Shown: positions 25,361 through 38,568, counted from the first letter of the whole stretch. The stretch: DNA of 63,805 bases, filler included, from Dirinaria sp. TL-2023a (GCA_051941275.1; 3 parts of 3 records of this genome joined end to end with filler, not necessarily neighbours in it), one strand, 5' to 3'. Numbers and translations: made by a program. The notes: generated from the sequence alone by a model not told the origin.

Positions 25361-26470
25361 ATGACTGCCAGCTCTACTAATGACATGTCTGCAACTGAGG
25401 CGGCACTTCCATTCCAGCCGAAAGGATTTCAGCTACCAAAAATGCCGTTATTCGAACAGAATTCTGTATCAAGATATCTCTTTCGTGTCTACAGTCCGAA
25501 CACCGCAGATGAAACGACAGATTCCAACATCATCCCACCAGCGTCGACTTGTGATCAAGAAAAAAGGCAAGACATATTTAGGCTGCAGCCCGAGAAGGCG
25601 GCAAGTCGTTTGAACGAGCATTTTCGGTGGTGGCGCTCCCATGAGCCGGAGTGCAATCTGATGAGCTGAACCTGCTCCTTGCTCTTTGCGTTACAACACG
25701 GTCTGCGCCGGCATCACACTGATCACAACAAGCCGCACTTGTCCCAGGTCTCTCTCCTTATCCTCGACACTCGCGATTTCCCAAGAGGTACATTTGTCAA
25801 AGACTTGGAGATCATGAAGGTTTTTGCGCCGGACACGGATCATTATCAAGAACTAAATCTTAAGAACCTCCTTCAACTTCGAACGAGCGGCATGAGATAC
25901 TACTTTGAGGAGTATCTGACGCAAGAAGAGATAAATGTCAAAGACAGATGCGTCGCAACAAATATGCAGAGTTTGATGAATGTTGACTTATTCGAACTCA
26001 AATCTGAGTTGAAAGACAAAAGCAAATGAGATGAGTGAGCTAAAAGAGTTCTCTGTCTTCGCAAGTCGTTCAAAGCTTCTCAAGACACTTCTATTGCAAC
26101 TCACGTCGAAGTTCGCAAAGTAATCGCTATTGCAAGTGTCTGTTTTGAGGATTGTTGAGATTTTTCAGTGACGGCTATGTTACTTGCTCTCAAGTCTCGC
26201 AAAAGCAAGAATCGAGTTATGATTGATGAATTTGCGACTATGTTCTCTGGAAAGTGCTCAATTCTTTACTATTAATCTCTCGACCTCTAACATCATTTAG
26301 AGAAGGAGATTAAGCATTTTCACTTAACGTACATAAGATTTAACGCTCATCAATTATCAGAGGTCGAGTAATTTCAATGTCTCATCGACGATATTTTCGA
26401 TCGCTTTGCTGAGAAGGAGATCGATACTGTATCAAACGACTTTAATGATGTTACGTTAGGTCCATCTTGA
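25361..26470 (+). pseudogene. Decayed fungal hypothetical gene (DUF7587-like, possible ART-like fold)
   Basis: RYLFRVYS, LMS*TCSLLFALQ, ILDTRDFPRGTFVKD and YYFEEYLTQEE; TGA stops where Trp is expected (e.g. 25667-25669, 26027-26029) and Gly->Glu/Asp changes. Confidence 0.65.
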
Positions 26471-28202
26471 CGTATCTTATACAATTGCTAGATCCTTCGC
26501 CACAAAAGCCCCTCAAGTAACATTAGACAGCTACAGTGTTTCCCTGCTAGTTAAGCTCTGAAGAAACTATATCTTCTTGAAGTATTACCTAAGAGTAATT
26601 GGCTCCTAAATCAGCTCCTAAATCTCGCAGGCCACAACTCAAAGCTACACGTCAACTGACATACTAGAATTACCACCAAGCCATAGTATTTCGTCCTCGA
26701 TCTCAGACTAGGCGATCAGTGAGTAAACTCCTGCATGGTTATATAGCAAAACCTCCGAATTCAAGATATGAGAATTATGCAACTATTGAAGACGTGCACG
26801 AAACTATCGTTCATTGCCCACCTGGATTCCGTTGTTGACCAATAAGCACTCATAGTCCTCCTTGAAATCCAACCCAAGGGGTTGAATACAGGAGGAACTT
26901 CAGAAGCAAATTGAATCAAAGCCTTGGAAGTAATGCCATACCGGCCTGACTTGAATATTATGTAAACCCATCGAAGTAGTGTTTAGGCTGTAGTGGAAAT
27001 TTTACCTTTTAAGAATTCGACACGATATCGCTTGGCACCCTGGGCCCACTATATGTGATGAACCAGGATCTTGGGTCTGGACCGGAAGCCAGGTTCTTGA
27101 TTGAGAACACATACTCGTACCATTCTAAGAAAATTCTGAAGCAATGGGCTTATGATCTAACAGTGCTAAATTAGCACGCAACTAGACCTGCAGCTAGAAT
27201 GAGCTATAAAATCCCTTTTCTGCTACAACGGCCGAGGGGGCGGAACTCTACCGGGTACGATTTCCTCTCCATATGGAAGCATAACTACTTCGTCCACCCA
27301 CTGAAGGGCTTGAGCTTGCTGAGCTAAGCAATGCGGCCTAAACGCCAGCGGAGTCCCTTCAACTTCCAACGCGCCCTTCTGAAAGAAGCATTCGGCTTCG
27401 ACTGCAACTAGAAAAGTACGAATTATGGCGTTTTGCTTTAGACGCCTACATTGCGCATTTCTGGGCCCCACCATCTGAGAAAGATCTTTTGCAGAAGCCA
27501 GAAAATGACCGACACAGGATAGATGTGTCTAGTCTAATCACAATCATACCTCATACAGGATTGAGCAGTTGATGTACACACGACACGATCGATCATCTTG
27601 GTTGCGTACAGCCTGGGGGAGCTCGTCGCTGCAAATGCATGTACTGAATTAATTTCGATCTGCTGACGCTCCACTATATTTTGCTCAACGAAGACGCTTA
27701 TACAGCAGAGGACCCGATGGGTTGTGCAACATGATGTCAAAGCCAATAGATCTCTCATCGACGGCTCGTGTATATGTGCCCAAGGTCTAGCATGTGAATG
27801 AAGCAACGATGAGCAAGTCCTTGATGCATTACCATGCATAAGTATCGGATCTTGGATTCCTGCATCCGCGAGACACATGGCGGGTAGTCTCCAGTTACTT
27901 ATTTCTTTGGCTCTAGGACCACAAGATAAGCGTTGCTATGTAGATATTTGCTTTTACACCAACCTGCCGAATTGGATGCCTGAGCCACCCAAACCGAAGA
28001 TGCAGACTTGTTGCACACAGATGCTTACCCTCTAATCATCCTCGGTGTCGCCGCGCAGCGTGCGGAACAAGTACAATGTCAATGCTAATGCTGTGGGGTA
28101 TTCCATTGACTCTGACAACTGTGCAAAAAGCGTGTTCCCCCCATTGTAGATCATTACTCTCCAAAGTTCTCTTGTCGCTTCAGGAAGTCAAAGTACACCA
28201 CC

Positions 28203-28526
28203 ATGCCTTTCAAGCAAATGGGAAAGTCCGATTCTTCTCGAATACAGTCCTCACGGGTAAAGGCAATCAAGTCCCACCCAGTCTTCTATATCCACAGTCT
28301 TAACCACATTATAAACATGCCAAAGGTGGTCTTGACATGTCATCACATGGCTTTGCAGCGCGCGCAATCCGCAGCTGACCGGAATAATAATGTATCCATC
28401 GGCGGTTACCAAGGCGGAACAGGCGGCGGGACAGGTGGTAGCGGTATTTCGAGAGGTGGATTTTTGGGCGGCGGAGCTGGTAACGGGCAAGGATCAGGAA
28501 GTCAACAGGGAAGTGCATGCAGATAG
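28203..28526 (+). CDS. Small glycine-rich, seed-maturation/LEA-like stress protein (possibly degenerate)
   Basis: SDSSRIQSS ... RAQSAADRN followed by a Gly-rich tail, matching small fungal SMP-like proteins. Confidence 0.5.
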   Translation: MPFKQMGKSDSSRIQSSRVKAIKSHPVFYIHSLNHIINMPKVVLTCHHMALQRAQSAADRNNNVSIGGYQGGTGGGTGGSGISRGGFLGGGAGNGQGSGSQQGSACR

Positions 28527-29223
28527 CGAGGTGCCTGCATTGACGACGGGCGAATAATCATTTGTATTGGGGAGATTAACAAAAGATGGTGTGGTGGAGA
28601 CACGAAAGCTTTTCCAAGATGCACTGTTGGTAGGTTAGCGTCAACTGTGACCCCGCGGCTAGCTCATGAGCATATGCAGGCTTGGTGGTTTTGAAGTGAA
28701 TGGTGAAGGGTTGGGAAGGATGAAACGCAAGCGCCGGGCGACATTCTGGATGACTAATACATTGTTAAGACAACCAATCATTCTGCGCCAGAAGCTTTGT
28801 GCATACTAGGTTCTCAACTAGACCAGAATAGGGTCATGGCTAAATATTGAGCTAGAAAATTAATCAAAAGGTCCTAGTCATCATCCCATTTAGGAGCAAC
28901 GATTGCGAGCCAATACTACAAGTGAATTGAATCCCAGCGCACCTTCCAGTTGATAGTACGCGTGGACGAATGACGAGGAAGCGGCCATAGCGTATAATGC
29001 ACGAGATAATACGACTAGTCGAGCTTTTGTTACACTCCTCCTCTTGTCAAAGCCGCCCATACCTATTGTCGATTCCTCGGTAGATTGTGGAGCTTGAAGT
29101 GCACCTATATGAGCCGTCGAGTGCGATTGGTCAAGAGCGTTCCAGTAACGTATGCTTACGTATCCAATACTTGTGAAAAATATTTCAGATCTTCACTTCC
29201 TGGTCTTGTACTTTTGTCTAAAT

Positions 29224-31529
29224 TTAGCTGAGAATCCTTTTACCATCCTCTAGGTTTTTGAGCTCTCTTTCCAGTTGTGCCCTCCTCCGCTTCAATGTCA
29301 GATCCTCTCCAGCCACTTCCTCAAGCTGCGTAGGAGTCATCTCCGCCACGAATGCTGGCGAAAACAACGTCAACGGTGTGCGTGGTCCCGTTGTCAAATG
29401 ATAGTCAGCTGCCTGCATGCGGATGCAGTCAACGAATCTTTTGCGGGCCACTTTATAGTACGATTGCAAAATATCATGAAGATCTTGGATCGAGTGGTTA
29501 TCGTTGCTCATCGGATGATTTTGAACAACGTCGTCAAGCCTGACAACTTCGTGTTTGCCGTTAGAGAATGACTTCTCTTGCATAGCGGCGTGAAGTCGTT
29601 GCTGACGACTAGCAACATATCAGCTGGTCAGCCTTGCTAATACAAGCGGATCTTCACTCACCATTTTTGCAAATTCTCATTAAAGTAGTGGTTCAGCGTT
29701 GCTGGAGTACCGTCGAGCTCTACCTCTAATAAAAACTTGACGTGGGAAATTGCGGACTGATATCTCTCTAACAGTCGATCTATAAGCAAAGACATGATGC
29801 CCGTTCGAATCCTTTCGAATGGACAGACCACACGTAAGAGCTCAACGATAAAGTTGTGAACCATTGTTATAATGTCTGAGATGTAACCCAGTGCCAACTT
29901 CTTCCACTTTACGGACTGATGCTTCATGGCCACTGCCAACAAAGACAAATTGAGAGTGCCGATTTCGAAGCCTCGAGAGTTTCGATATACGTGTTCCAGC
30001 CAAGCGCGAAATCTCCCGCTGTGCGGTTCGGGCAGCTTTTGTGCAGCCGAAACTAGATCTTCGAGCTCTGGGTGGTCGCTGGTTGTACGGATATCAACTA
30101 CGCCTTCAGCGTTCCCATCTTCTATACCCATGGCCGAAATATCGATGACTAGAGAATCGACATCGTCGGAGGCATCTGATTCATCTTCGTCCCCAGCCTC
30201 GAAATGAAAGGTATGTCCTTTCGTTGCGATGGTGTCAGACATTTGTTTGCTGCGATTGACCACAGCGGTTGCAAGTCGGAGGGTTGGGTTCTGGTCAAAG
30301 ACATCGGTGCATCCGTAATTGGATAGCAATGCTTCTCCAGATAACTTCTGAAATTGCATGGCAGCTTCCATCAGATATTGACTCTGTTGCGCTGAAGTCT
30401 GGCGGCTTGTTCCCAGAGCCTGCAAGTCTTGCCGGCACCCTTTTAATTTCTTGGTAATTTCTAGTTTCACCTGACTATTGAGCATCGATATCCAAAGAGA
30501 CCTATCAGGCAGGCGAGCTTACCTGGGGAAATTCGCGACGGGTGTTATCTGCAAGAACTTCCTGTAAGCGAACCCGGAAGGATTCAATGCCCACTTTATC
30601 TTTTTCCAATCCGTTCCATGGTGCCTTCTGGAAGAAACTCTTCCCTAGGGTTTGACGTTCAGTGACGGGCTTGTGAAGTTCCGCTTGATCAGCGTTACGG
30701 AGTATATGCCAACCAAGTTTGAGCTGATGTGTTCTGCCCTCGATCAAATCTATCACATTCTTTTCCGCACCTTTGTCGACTAAATCCGGCTTCGTGAGGA
30801 CTCCAAGAGTCCTCGTCCCCTCCGGATCCAATTCTTCAGCTCTCTCAAGGATCTCTTGGGTAGCGATATCGACGTTTGCCGGCACCACGACCAGCATGAT
30901 ACACCGCGCGTTCTTCATATAGTTATGGACCATGCCTTCCACCATTTCTATATCTGCCTTGGTCGTCACTCCTAGTGTAGTTCTCTTAAAGATGCCAGGG
31001 ACATCAATGACGCTTAAATGCTCTTGGTTAGGACCGGTCATCTCAATGCGTAAGACGTCGTTAGAGAATGTACTCTTTAGGCCAGACTCATCGCATACGA
31101 GGCCCATCACGACATTCACCTTACCGGGTTAGTATTACGGTTAGCCTTAGAGATCTGACATACCTGCTTCATAATATTGGCAAACGATTCTGCGTCTAAT
31201 GATTGCAATTCATTCGGAGTCCAAGAGCAACAGGCTGCTTTGTGTTCCTCGGTTGCGTTCTCGGCCGGAATCACTGAAACTGAAACATGTGTCTCTTGCG
31301 ACCGTCGAAAGATGATTTGAGTTGCGAACCGCGTGCACAACCCGCTCTCTCGAGGGAATGGAAGATTCGTCAGGGCTTCTAGGACAGAGCTCTTGCCACT
31401 TGACTGGTCACCAACGACGACCAACTGTGGAAGATCGACATATTCTCCAACGTTGCAGGCGAAAAGCCCATCGATCTTCTCGAGAAGATCTGGGCTTGCG
31501 AGCCCAATACTCAAACCATCGCTTTCCAT
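29224..31529 (-). CDS. Mx-like dynamin family GTPase, intact, ~718 aa (exons 31529-31164, 31119-30523, 30470-29662, 29608-29224)
   Basis: LPQLVVVGDQSSGKSS (G1), LCTRFAT (G2), IDVPG (G3), LTKPD (G4), C-terminal GED; three canonical introns give a 2157-nt open frame. Confidence 0.92.
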
Positions 31530-31852
31530 ATTTTCGGGTCAATCGCGAAGGGATCCGAAGGCGAGATTGGAAACTTGGAAGTCTAGATGAATTTAAAACC
31601 ACAAAGAAAGCTGGGCTCGAGATCGTTAAATTAAAATCCAGAGATATTTGAAGAACGCAGTCGATCTCCTTGTATGCGCATGTCTAAGGGATAAAGCTAA
31701 ATTCCTGTGTAGTTAGCGAATACAAGGCTCCTCCGGCTGGAGAGTTGCATCTGAGCGCAACTACAGTATACGTCCATCGCCAGCACCGGGGCAGTGGAAA
31801 TAGTCGGCCATGGAGGCGTTGTAACACGGCGTGGAGAAGCGACTGCATGAAG

Positions 31853-32015
31853 GCGCCCGGACATTACGGATCCTGCATCCGGTAGACCCCTACAGGTCGA
31901 GTGCCCAGGCCGCGAACTCAGAATCGTCTGCGGTGGAACACCGGACGACAGTCTTGTTTTATGGTTGGACTGCGGTAGGGGTCTGCTGGATGCAGGATCC
32001 CGTGAAGCCGGGCGC
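31853..32015. repeat. Inverted repeat/hairpin (core arms 31868-31893 and 31975-32000)
   Basis: GGATCCTGCATCCGGTAGACCCCTAC versus the reverse complement of GTAGGGGTCTGCTGGATGCAGGATCC (24/26 identical); outer GCGCCCGG/CCGGGCGC extends the stem. Confidence 0.8.
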
Positions 32016-32204
32016 TTTTAAACGTATGCAAGATATTGTTGGCTGGTCCTGCTTCTGCTAAGAGTTCCAGCTTGCCGTTCCAATTTCTTCTCGCCAACAT
32101 TGATTTTAGATGTCCCACAATGTAATTAATCTCCCATGGGTAATTGGTGAAGTACAATCCAGTCGTACATGATTAGGCCGATCATGCACTCTTGTCTCGA
32201 GATC

Positions 32205-34668
32205 ATGGGCAAGCAAAATGTATATTCAATCTCCGTGCTAGATTGTGCTTATTGCTAATCCTTCATGGTTGGCATGATCAGACCCCGAATTTGATAACAC
32301 GCTCGGTCTGGGATGGTATAGATAGGCGGTCCTTTTTTGAGGAAGCTATTCTCCTCTCTGATGAAAAGTATCGCTCTCAAGGCCATCCTCTAAAGCTGCA
32401 AAACAGGAAACCAGATGCAAGCTCAGATCCTGCGGATCAAGCGGACCAGCTCCTGCAAATGACGCCTGACTTTCTTAACGACCTCGCTCTCGTCGCATCT
32501 GGGCAGGGTGGGCCCGATAATGTAACCGCAACGTGTTTGGAACTGAGCGACGATGGGCAAACACATATACTGCGAGTGGCCAGAAATGGCGGCGGTCACG
32601 GCGATTTCCTCGCAGGGATGAAAGATATAATTACAGCTGCGGGTGAGGAGTCTTTTACCGGTTCAGAAAATCCAGAAAAAAACTTATTTGTTTTCGTGTC
32701 CCAGCAAGTGATTCAGGTCTACTGAAACCGCTAGCCATCGAAAAGATTCTTCTCAGATGCAAATCCCGCGTCAAAGAACAAGCTTTTCGGTTGAACAACC
32801 GATTTCAATTTGTCTACGGACACCATCACAACCACTACATTCATCCGGGGATCCAGGCGGGATCTTATGTCGACGAATCGTCGCAGGATATCGAATGCCT
32901 TGGTCAGTACTGCCATGAAACACATGAGTCTTATATGTGTCTCTGTGAGGAGCGTGTCAGGCAACTGAAGAGAGCCACCGCCGAGGTCATTCACCCGTCA
33001 ACGATCGGTGAACTCAAAGGGCTTGTTGATTTGAGTCGATTGGCCTACAGTGTCCGCCGGTCGAGCAGCTTCAAGCATTTTCTACAAGCGAATTTGAACA
33101 GGCGGCCGGAGCCAGGTATCAGTTTACCAACTATGCTGAAGATCATCGAACGCTTGGGTAAAATCTCCAAGATCTATCGAGCAGCTTTGACAATAAACGA
33201 CTTTGTTGCCAAGACCAAAGAGCTCGGTCGAAAGATCGTCATCGAAGCGATCCCGGCGACGAGAATCCCAATACCTGAACTGGCTGATCGAACTGCTACT
33301 CAATTGCGTGAACGGGCGGGACTGCGATTCAGACGGGGCAATTCTGACAAGGTTGAGCGTATGCTCAAACGCTGGCCACTATATCGACAGCACGCGGAGA
33401 TCCAACTAATAATTTTTTACGAGGAACATCCACATATCCATGTATACAGCAATCACATCGGATGTAACAAATATGCGTGCTACCTTTGCTTCAATTTCAT
33501 CAAATATCACGCGGTATTTCAAGTCGACGGCGGCCACCAATCTCTGTATTCTCTGTGGACAGTAAAAGATACCATCAGTTTCAGCACTCGGGAAAGAGCC
33601 GAGGCGTTCCAATCTGCGCTAAAGAGAGTCAGTCTTGATGTTGAACAGAAATTTCAACAGCTCAAAGCAACACGGTGGAGCCGTTTCGGTTTTGCTACTG
33701 CAACTGAGTCTCCGACCAATCTCTCGCGGATCTCGTTGTTCCCTGCGCTATCTCATAGTCAAAAGACACTCAAAGAGATGAGCATCTCAGCTGCCGTCTC
33801 GCAGGTGCAGCTGGCTTCAATACGAGAAGCTCCACTCGAAGACCTTGCTGAGGTTGAAGGCCATCGCAAGCAGACGGCTGTCGAACAGCCGAATTACGAC
33901 ACAACCCAACCCGAAATTTGTTCCTCGTCTCCTCTAGCCACAGTTCGTGCCCCGTCTTTTACCCCGACAAGCAAAGTTCTACATTCGTCGTCACTTAATG
34001 CCCGCATTTCATCTCCTAACGATTCCAACTCTTTTTCCGATATCTTTCAAACGTCAGGATCGCCGCTCGACATTACAGGCGTGTCCAGCGACGTCCAGAG
34101 CATCGCCTCCAAGAATCTCGTCGTCGAGCAACGGCGTGAAACGCGAATTACCCAGCGTAATATTCCGCCTTCCGCTACGAGTAGAGTGGTATCGCCACAA
34201 GCCTCAGGAGCTTATTCGCTGGATGAATTGGAAGTTCCAAATTCTGAGGAAGGTAGCCCTGCCGGCGTGGTGCGGCACCATGAGCATCGCCGACGATATC
34301 GACGCTTTCGCGGTGCTACATCGCCTCATAAGGGGATGACCGCAGAGCGCTGCACAATACTTCTTAGTCGACGAACTCCGATGCGCCAACATAAAGATTC
34401 ACCCGGTGAACCTGGAGAATATTGTCGTCGGAGGCGGAGAAAGGTTCGCAGGGTACGACATCAAGCACCTGAAGTATCGGCGCGAGATGTGGGCCACCCT
34501 CCGACGACACTTCCGTCTAGGAGAACGGATAAGCTTCGAAGTAAGCGGGTTCGAAGGCACAAGCGTGAACGGCGGAAAGAGCAAGGATGTTTATCAGGGC
34601 TTATCATATTCTTCAAAGAATTATTGCATATTGAAGTAATGAAGTCTATACGGTCCAGGCAAAAGTGA
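32205..34668 (+). CDS. OTT_1508-like nucleic-acid deaminase with a long disordered, basic C-terminal tail (multi-exon)
   Basis: HAEIQLIIFYE...HIGCNKYACYLC zinc-deaminase motif and HQSLYSLW; N-terminal LALVASGQGGPDNVTATCLE and LRVARNGG are typical of the fungal members. Probable first exon ATG at 32205 with intron ~32220-32281. Confidence 0.78.
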
Positions 34669-35442
34669 GAAGCGGGCGGCGGACGAGATCAGAATGATTC
34701 AGCCGATATACACAAACCAAGGTTCCTGAATTGGCCTAGATGACCAGTCCTTTTAAATTAGTGACCAGTCTCCGATTCTCCATCCAACCGGATGCCGTAC
34801 ATAGGAACCGATGCCAATGCCCAAGGTGGGGAGTATGGCAGCTCACTGCACATGGCATGAGAAACAGGTCCTAAAAAAAGCGGTGCAGATGCTACCCAAA
34901 TAAATGGAAGCTGTTGTCAGGCATGAGTAGATTCAATGTGCACTATTGTGGTTAGTTTGGGCTGTTTCCGCTGAACAGGAGGCCTAATGTCAAGATTCAA
35001 GCCGTTACGAAAAGTGCAAAGCGTAAATCAAGGTGCTTCCAATGAGGACGGCACGGCGTTATTACATTAAGCTATTGTAGAAGAACGTGTAGAAGACTAG
35101 CGAGATCCAGCTCACTGCCTCAGCAATCTTGTCATTGGCCAATAGGGGATTTTAAGTCAATTTAGATTCAATGCGTATTCCAGAGGTGCTCTCTTTGCTC
35201 CCTCACCGCTCACAGAGCATGCACTCAAGGTTTTCCATGTTATTTTAGCAGAAACCACACTGGTCTCGTCGCCGCAATTGTTCAGACACCGATAAGGTGG
35301 CAACTTCCCCGCACCTCCCTACTTTTAAGCGACCTCTTAAGCTTTTTGCTCCACGTTTGCCCAACAAAACTCGTCACGCACGTCATAATAAAAAAAAAAT
35401 GAGCGAACTATCAAGCTTAACTTGAATAGTTACTAGTAAAGA

Positions 35443-36190
35443 TGCAGGAAAACCATCCAAAGACGCACACCCCAACCCTCGTCTAAACAGTTCTTCTGGC
35501 AAATCTCCCAGCATTTACGCATCAACACCATCCACGTTTATCGTCGAGGGAACCTCGTTCTACCTTCATGCTGGTCTGTGTCACACCAATGCAGACCCTT
35601 GGATCGAATGATCAATGACAAGATGTCAGGTGTCAGAAGAGTTATGCAGTCCTCGAAGGGGTTGAGGAAAGTACCTTTGCTTGATTCGCTGGGTAGACTC
35701 ATCAGAGATATCATACTCCAGCGGTAGTTATCTGTTGATCGCTGGATGAATCACGATCGGAAAAGAGCCTGTCAGAGGACGGCGGCTCTGAGAAGTGCAA
35801 GGAATCACCACATTACACATCTCAACCCGGCGAAGAGCTAAAATGGCCAAAGATTTCCCCGTTCAGCATTTTAACACGTAGAATCTTGGCATCTAGCGCT
35901 GATACCTATGGTGTGGTGAGCTACAATGCTTCGACGGTGGCTTGGTCGACCTTAATCATCGTGGTCTTGTCATGCATAAGCAGCTCAGACCAGAATTGCT
36001 TGGTGTAGCGCAGATAATGTACAATTTCCTAGCAATCGATGAGCGCATTCATACGGTCGGCGACGGAACATTTACCTCATCGCATCTCATCGCGAACATC
36101 TTATGTAGGTTACTAATTCTCATCCCCGTTAAGAGCGCAAGTATCCAAGAAGTTATCAAAGGCAAGGGTGAATTCCCGGCGCCGGAGTAG
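35443..36190 (+). pseudogene. Degenerate BTB/POZ-domain gene fragment
   Basis: Fragments YASTPSTFIVEGTSFYLHAGL, RPLDRMINDKMS and LEGVEESTFA* resemble fungal BTB proteins; frameshifts and stops; boundaries approximate. Confidence 0.45.
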
Positions 36191-37162
36191 TTGTTGTAAA
36201 TTTCTGGCTCTATGTGGGGAGAAAAGAGTCCGCCATTGCACTTCCAAACTGGACTGCTTTTGGGACTGACAGTTGCGTATCTTCCCACAATATTCCCTGG
36301 GGTGATTTCCTAAGCCTATCCCTCCAAGAGCTTTAAATACCTTGGATCAAACTGAGCCAATACCGGCTCATCCAAGCTGGCTCAAGACTTAGGCAACTTT
36401 TCTCAGGAGGAATTACCTAGCAGAGTCAGAGTTTGATGCCAGAACAGAAGCAGGGGGTCAGAATTGGAAGAGTTGGTTCGGTTTGCACCGCCATATGTAC
36501 TGGGAGATTTATCCGGAGCGGATCTATCTAGGACCATTAGCACCGCTTGACCGTCATTGGCCCTGCACCAGCCATCCTGGATGCCTCCTAGCCCCAGGAG
36601 GATTGTCCGGGGACTTTCTGGAAGAGACAGAATTATTAGACAGCGAATCGCTCCAATGCGCCATGCCAAATCGAAGCCGAGTGCCAGCATTCAAGGGCAG
36701 GCCATTCTTAGCTTGTTCTGGCTGTTTCGCTTTTCCCTCTGCTTCCACCACCGAAGGCATTTACGCTCGAACCCAGACATGATCAATCAACGAGAGGCTT
36801 CTATCGCCTGACCTTGAAACTATCGATACTATTTTTAGTAGACCTTTTCAAAAAGACTGAATTAACCTGTCTTTGCTTGAACAGTTATTTTCGTTTGATG
36901 CAATATTGAACCAGCGATCTGGAGTGAAGTTCCCTTATACTCGAAAAGGGGCCGATTGTGGCTTCTGTGACAAACATTTACCACGACCTAAGAAAAAAGC
37001 CTTTTTAAGAAGAGAAGACGACCGTCCTAAAAGGCCAGTCCGACATCCCAAAAGTGGTGCTCTTCCGAAATCTAATTTCTGAGGATCACTGCTTATTTCT
37101 GAGGAAGATCATGTATCTCTCAGAGCGCTGTCAAATTTTTAGCATCTTGACATGAGAAGGAA

Positions 37163-37486
37163 TTGTTGACAATGGAGCTGGACACGACTTGGAACTCAAC
37201 AAGTCTCAATGCCAGCGTACAAGTGACAATACCAGAGCCAATTCCAGAAGCTATGTTCGCGAACTCTTCGGTCTGTCAAGTTGTCTTGAACCCGGACGAG
37301 GAGACGGTATTCATGCCAGTCACGTTGAACGCGTCTATTGGTGATACTGTTCTATTCACCCCAGTGAACTTTGGGAGTCGCATATGCCGGATCGCTTTGG
37401 ATCAGCCTTGTCAGGTAGATGACTCGTTAGACGCTATCAACTTCTCGAGATTGATTTTCCCTTATCTTGACAATGGGAATACCTAA
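37163..37486 (+). pseudogene. Possible degenerate cupredoxin-like secreted protein fragment
   Basis: VFMPVTLNASIGDTVLF...DQPC resembles the fungal extracellular cupredoxin pattern; copper ligands are not evident. Confidence 0.3.
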
Positions 37487-38352
37487 AAGCGCCCTATCTT
37501 TGCTCAAAGTGTACTAACTCTACTCTGTCATAGGAATTTTGTAATATAGATCACATTTTGGCAGATTGGTTCCAAGCCATTTTGGTTTTCATTGCTGCTT
37601 ATCTGATGAAGTATTAAAGCCTGTAATATTTAGCATCCTCTTTGTCCATGATAGGACTTCTTCTGAAGTTTCGGATAGCAGTGCCTCCGTCGGCGATGGC
37701 TGCAGAGCGGAATGATCGTCACCGGCTGACCTCACCTCATCGGGGCTTTTTGAAATCTTGTGTTGTGGATCAATAGGCCCGCCCACCTCCCTCGAAGATT
37801 CGGAGTCGTACTCGTCTTGAAGACCGGATTGGGGTGGTCGTCCTCTTGGAGCGTCGGCGCGAGCTTGTTCCAGCCGAGAACGATTCACCTTGAGAATCGT
37901 CAATAAGTGAAGGGTTCCTCGTTGGCGACGAAGGTAGGAGGTATAATTTAGAGGAGAATGACTGAGTTATGGTTAATGGTGCTGATGGGGGGCTTCTATG
38001 GTATTTGTTAGTCTCTCATTCTCATGGTTCCAGAAAGTCCAAGACCTCTAATGCTATGGGAAGCAGCAGAGAATCACGCCAGCTTTGCACCTGTACATAA
38101 ACAAGCGTCGCGTCTCACCACAATTTCAGGCTCGCTAAAGGGTTTTATACTGTAAGGAAGGCTATTTCCTACTGTTTTAGGGGACTTTTATCTCAGGATT
38201 TTGCTTACTGTAGGGCCTTGCTTGTCGCAGGATTTTGCTAGAGCCATAAATAGATCTAGTAGAATCAAAATGTAGATATAGTGAGCCATCGGCATTTCAG
38301 TGGGACCAAGCTGCTTATGTGCCGACACTAGGGCTCCCCGGGCTCGCTGGGG

Positions 38353-38568
38353 TCACTTTGGCAGTTTTGACGTTCTAGAGTTCCTCTGGAACGCTGGAAA
38401 TGGGGCCTGAATCAATGGCCGCTCGAACATGATTCTGGTTCCGTACTTAGGATCTCGAAAAGCAAAGACACCAGGGCCTTTTCCGGCGGCTGCTTTGATC
38501 TCATAAAGCTTGATTGAGGTTGATGCGCGCATGAGGTTAGCACCGTGTCGTCTACTGGCTGGGTACAC
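38353..38568 (-). pseudogene. SET-domain N-terminal fragment
   Basis: LYEIKAAAGKGPGVFAFRDPKYGTRIMFERPL matches the start of fungal SET5/SMYD-like SET domains; the rest is missing. Confidence 0.55.

Noticed and set aside
32205..34668. Local deaminase as the cause of the CC->TC mutations (APOBEC3G-like)
   Set aside because: APOBEC3G edits the 3' C of CC (GG->AG), whereas here the 5' C changes (GG->GA). The damage is confined to repeats and their flanks as in RIP, and nothing links it to this gene.
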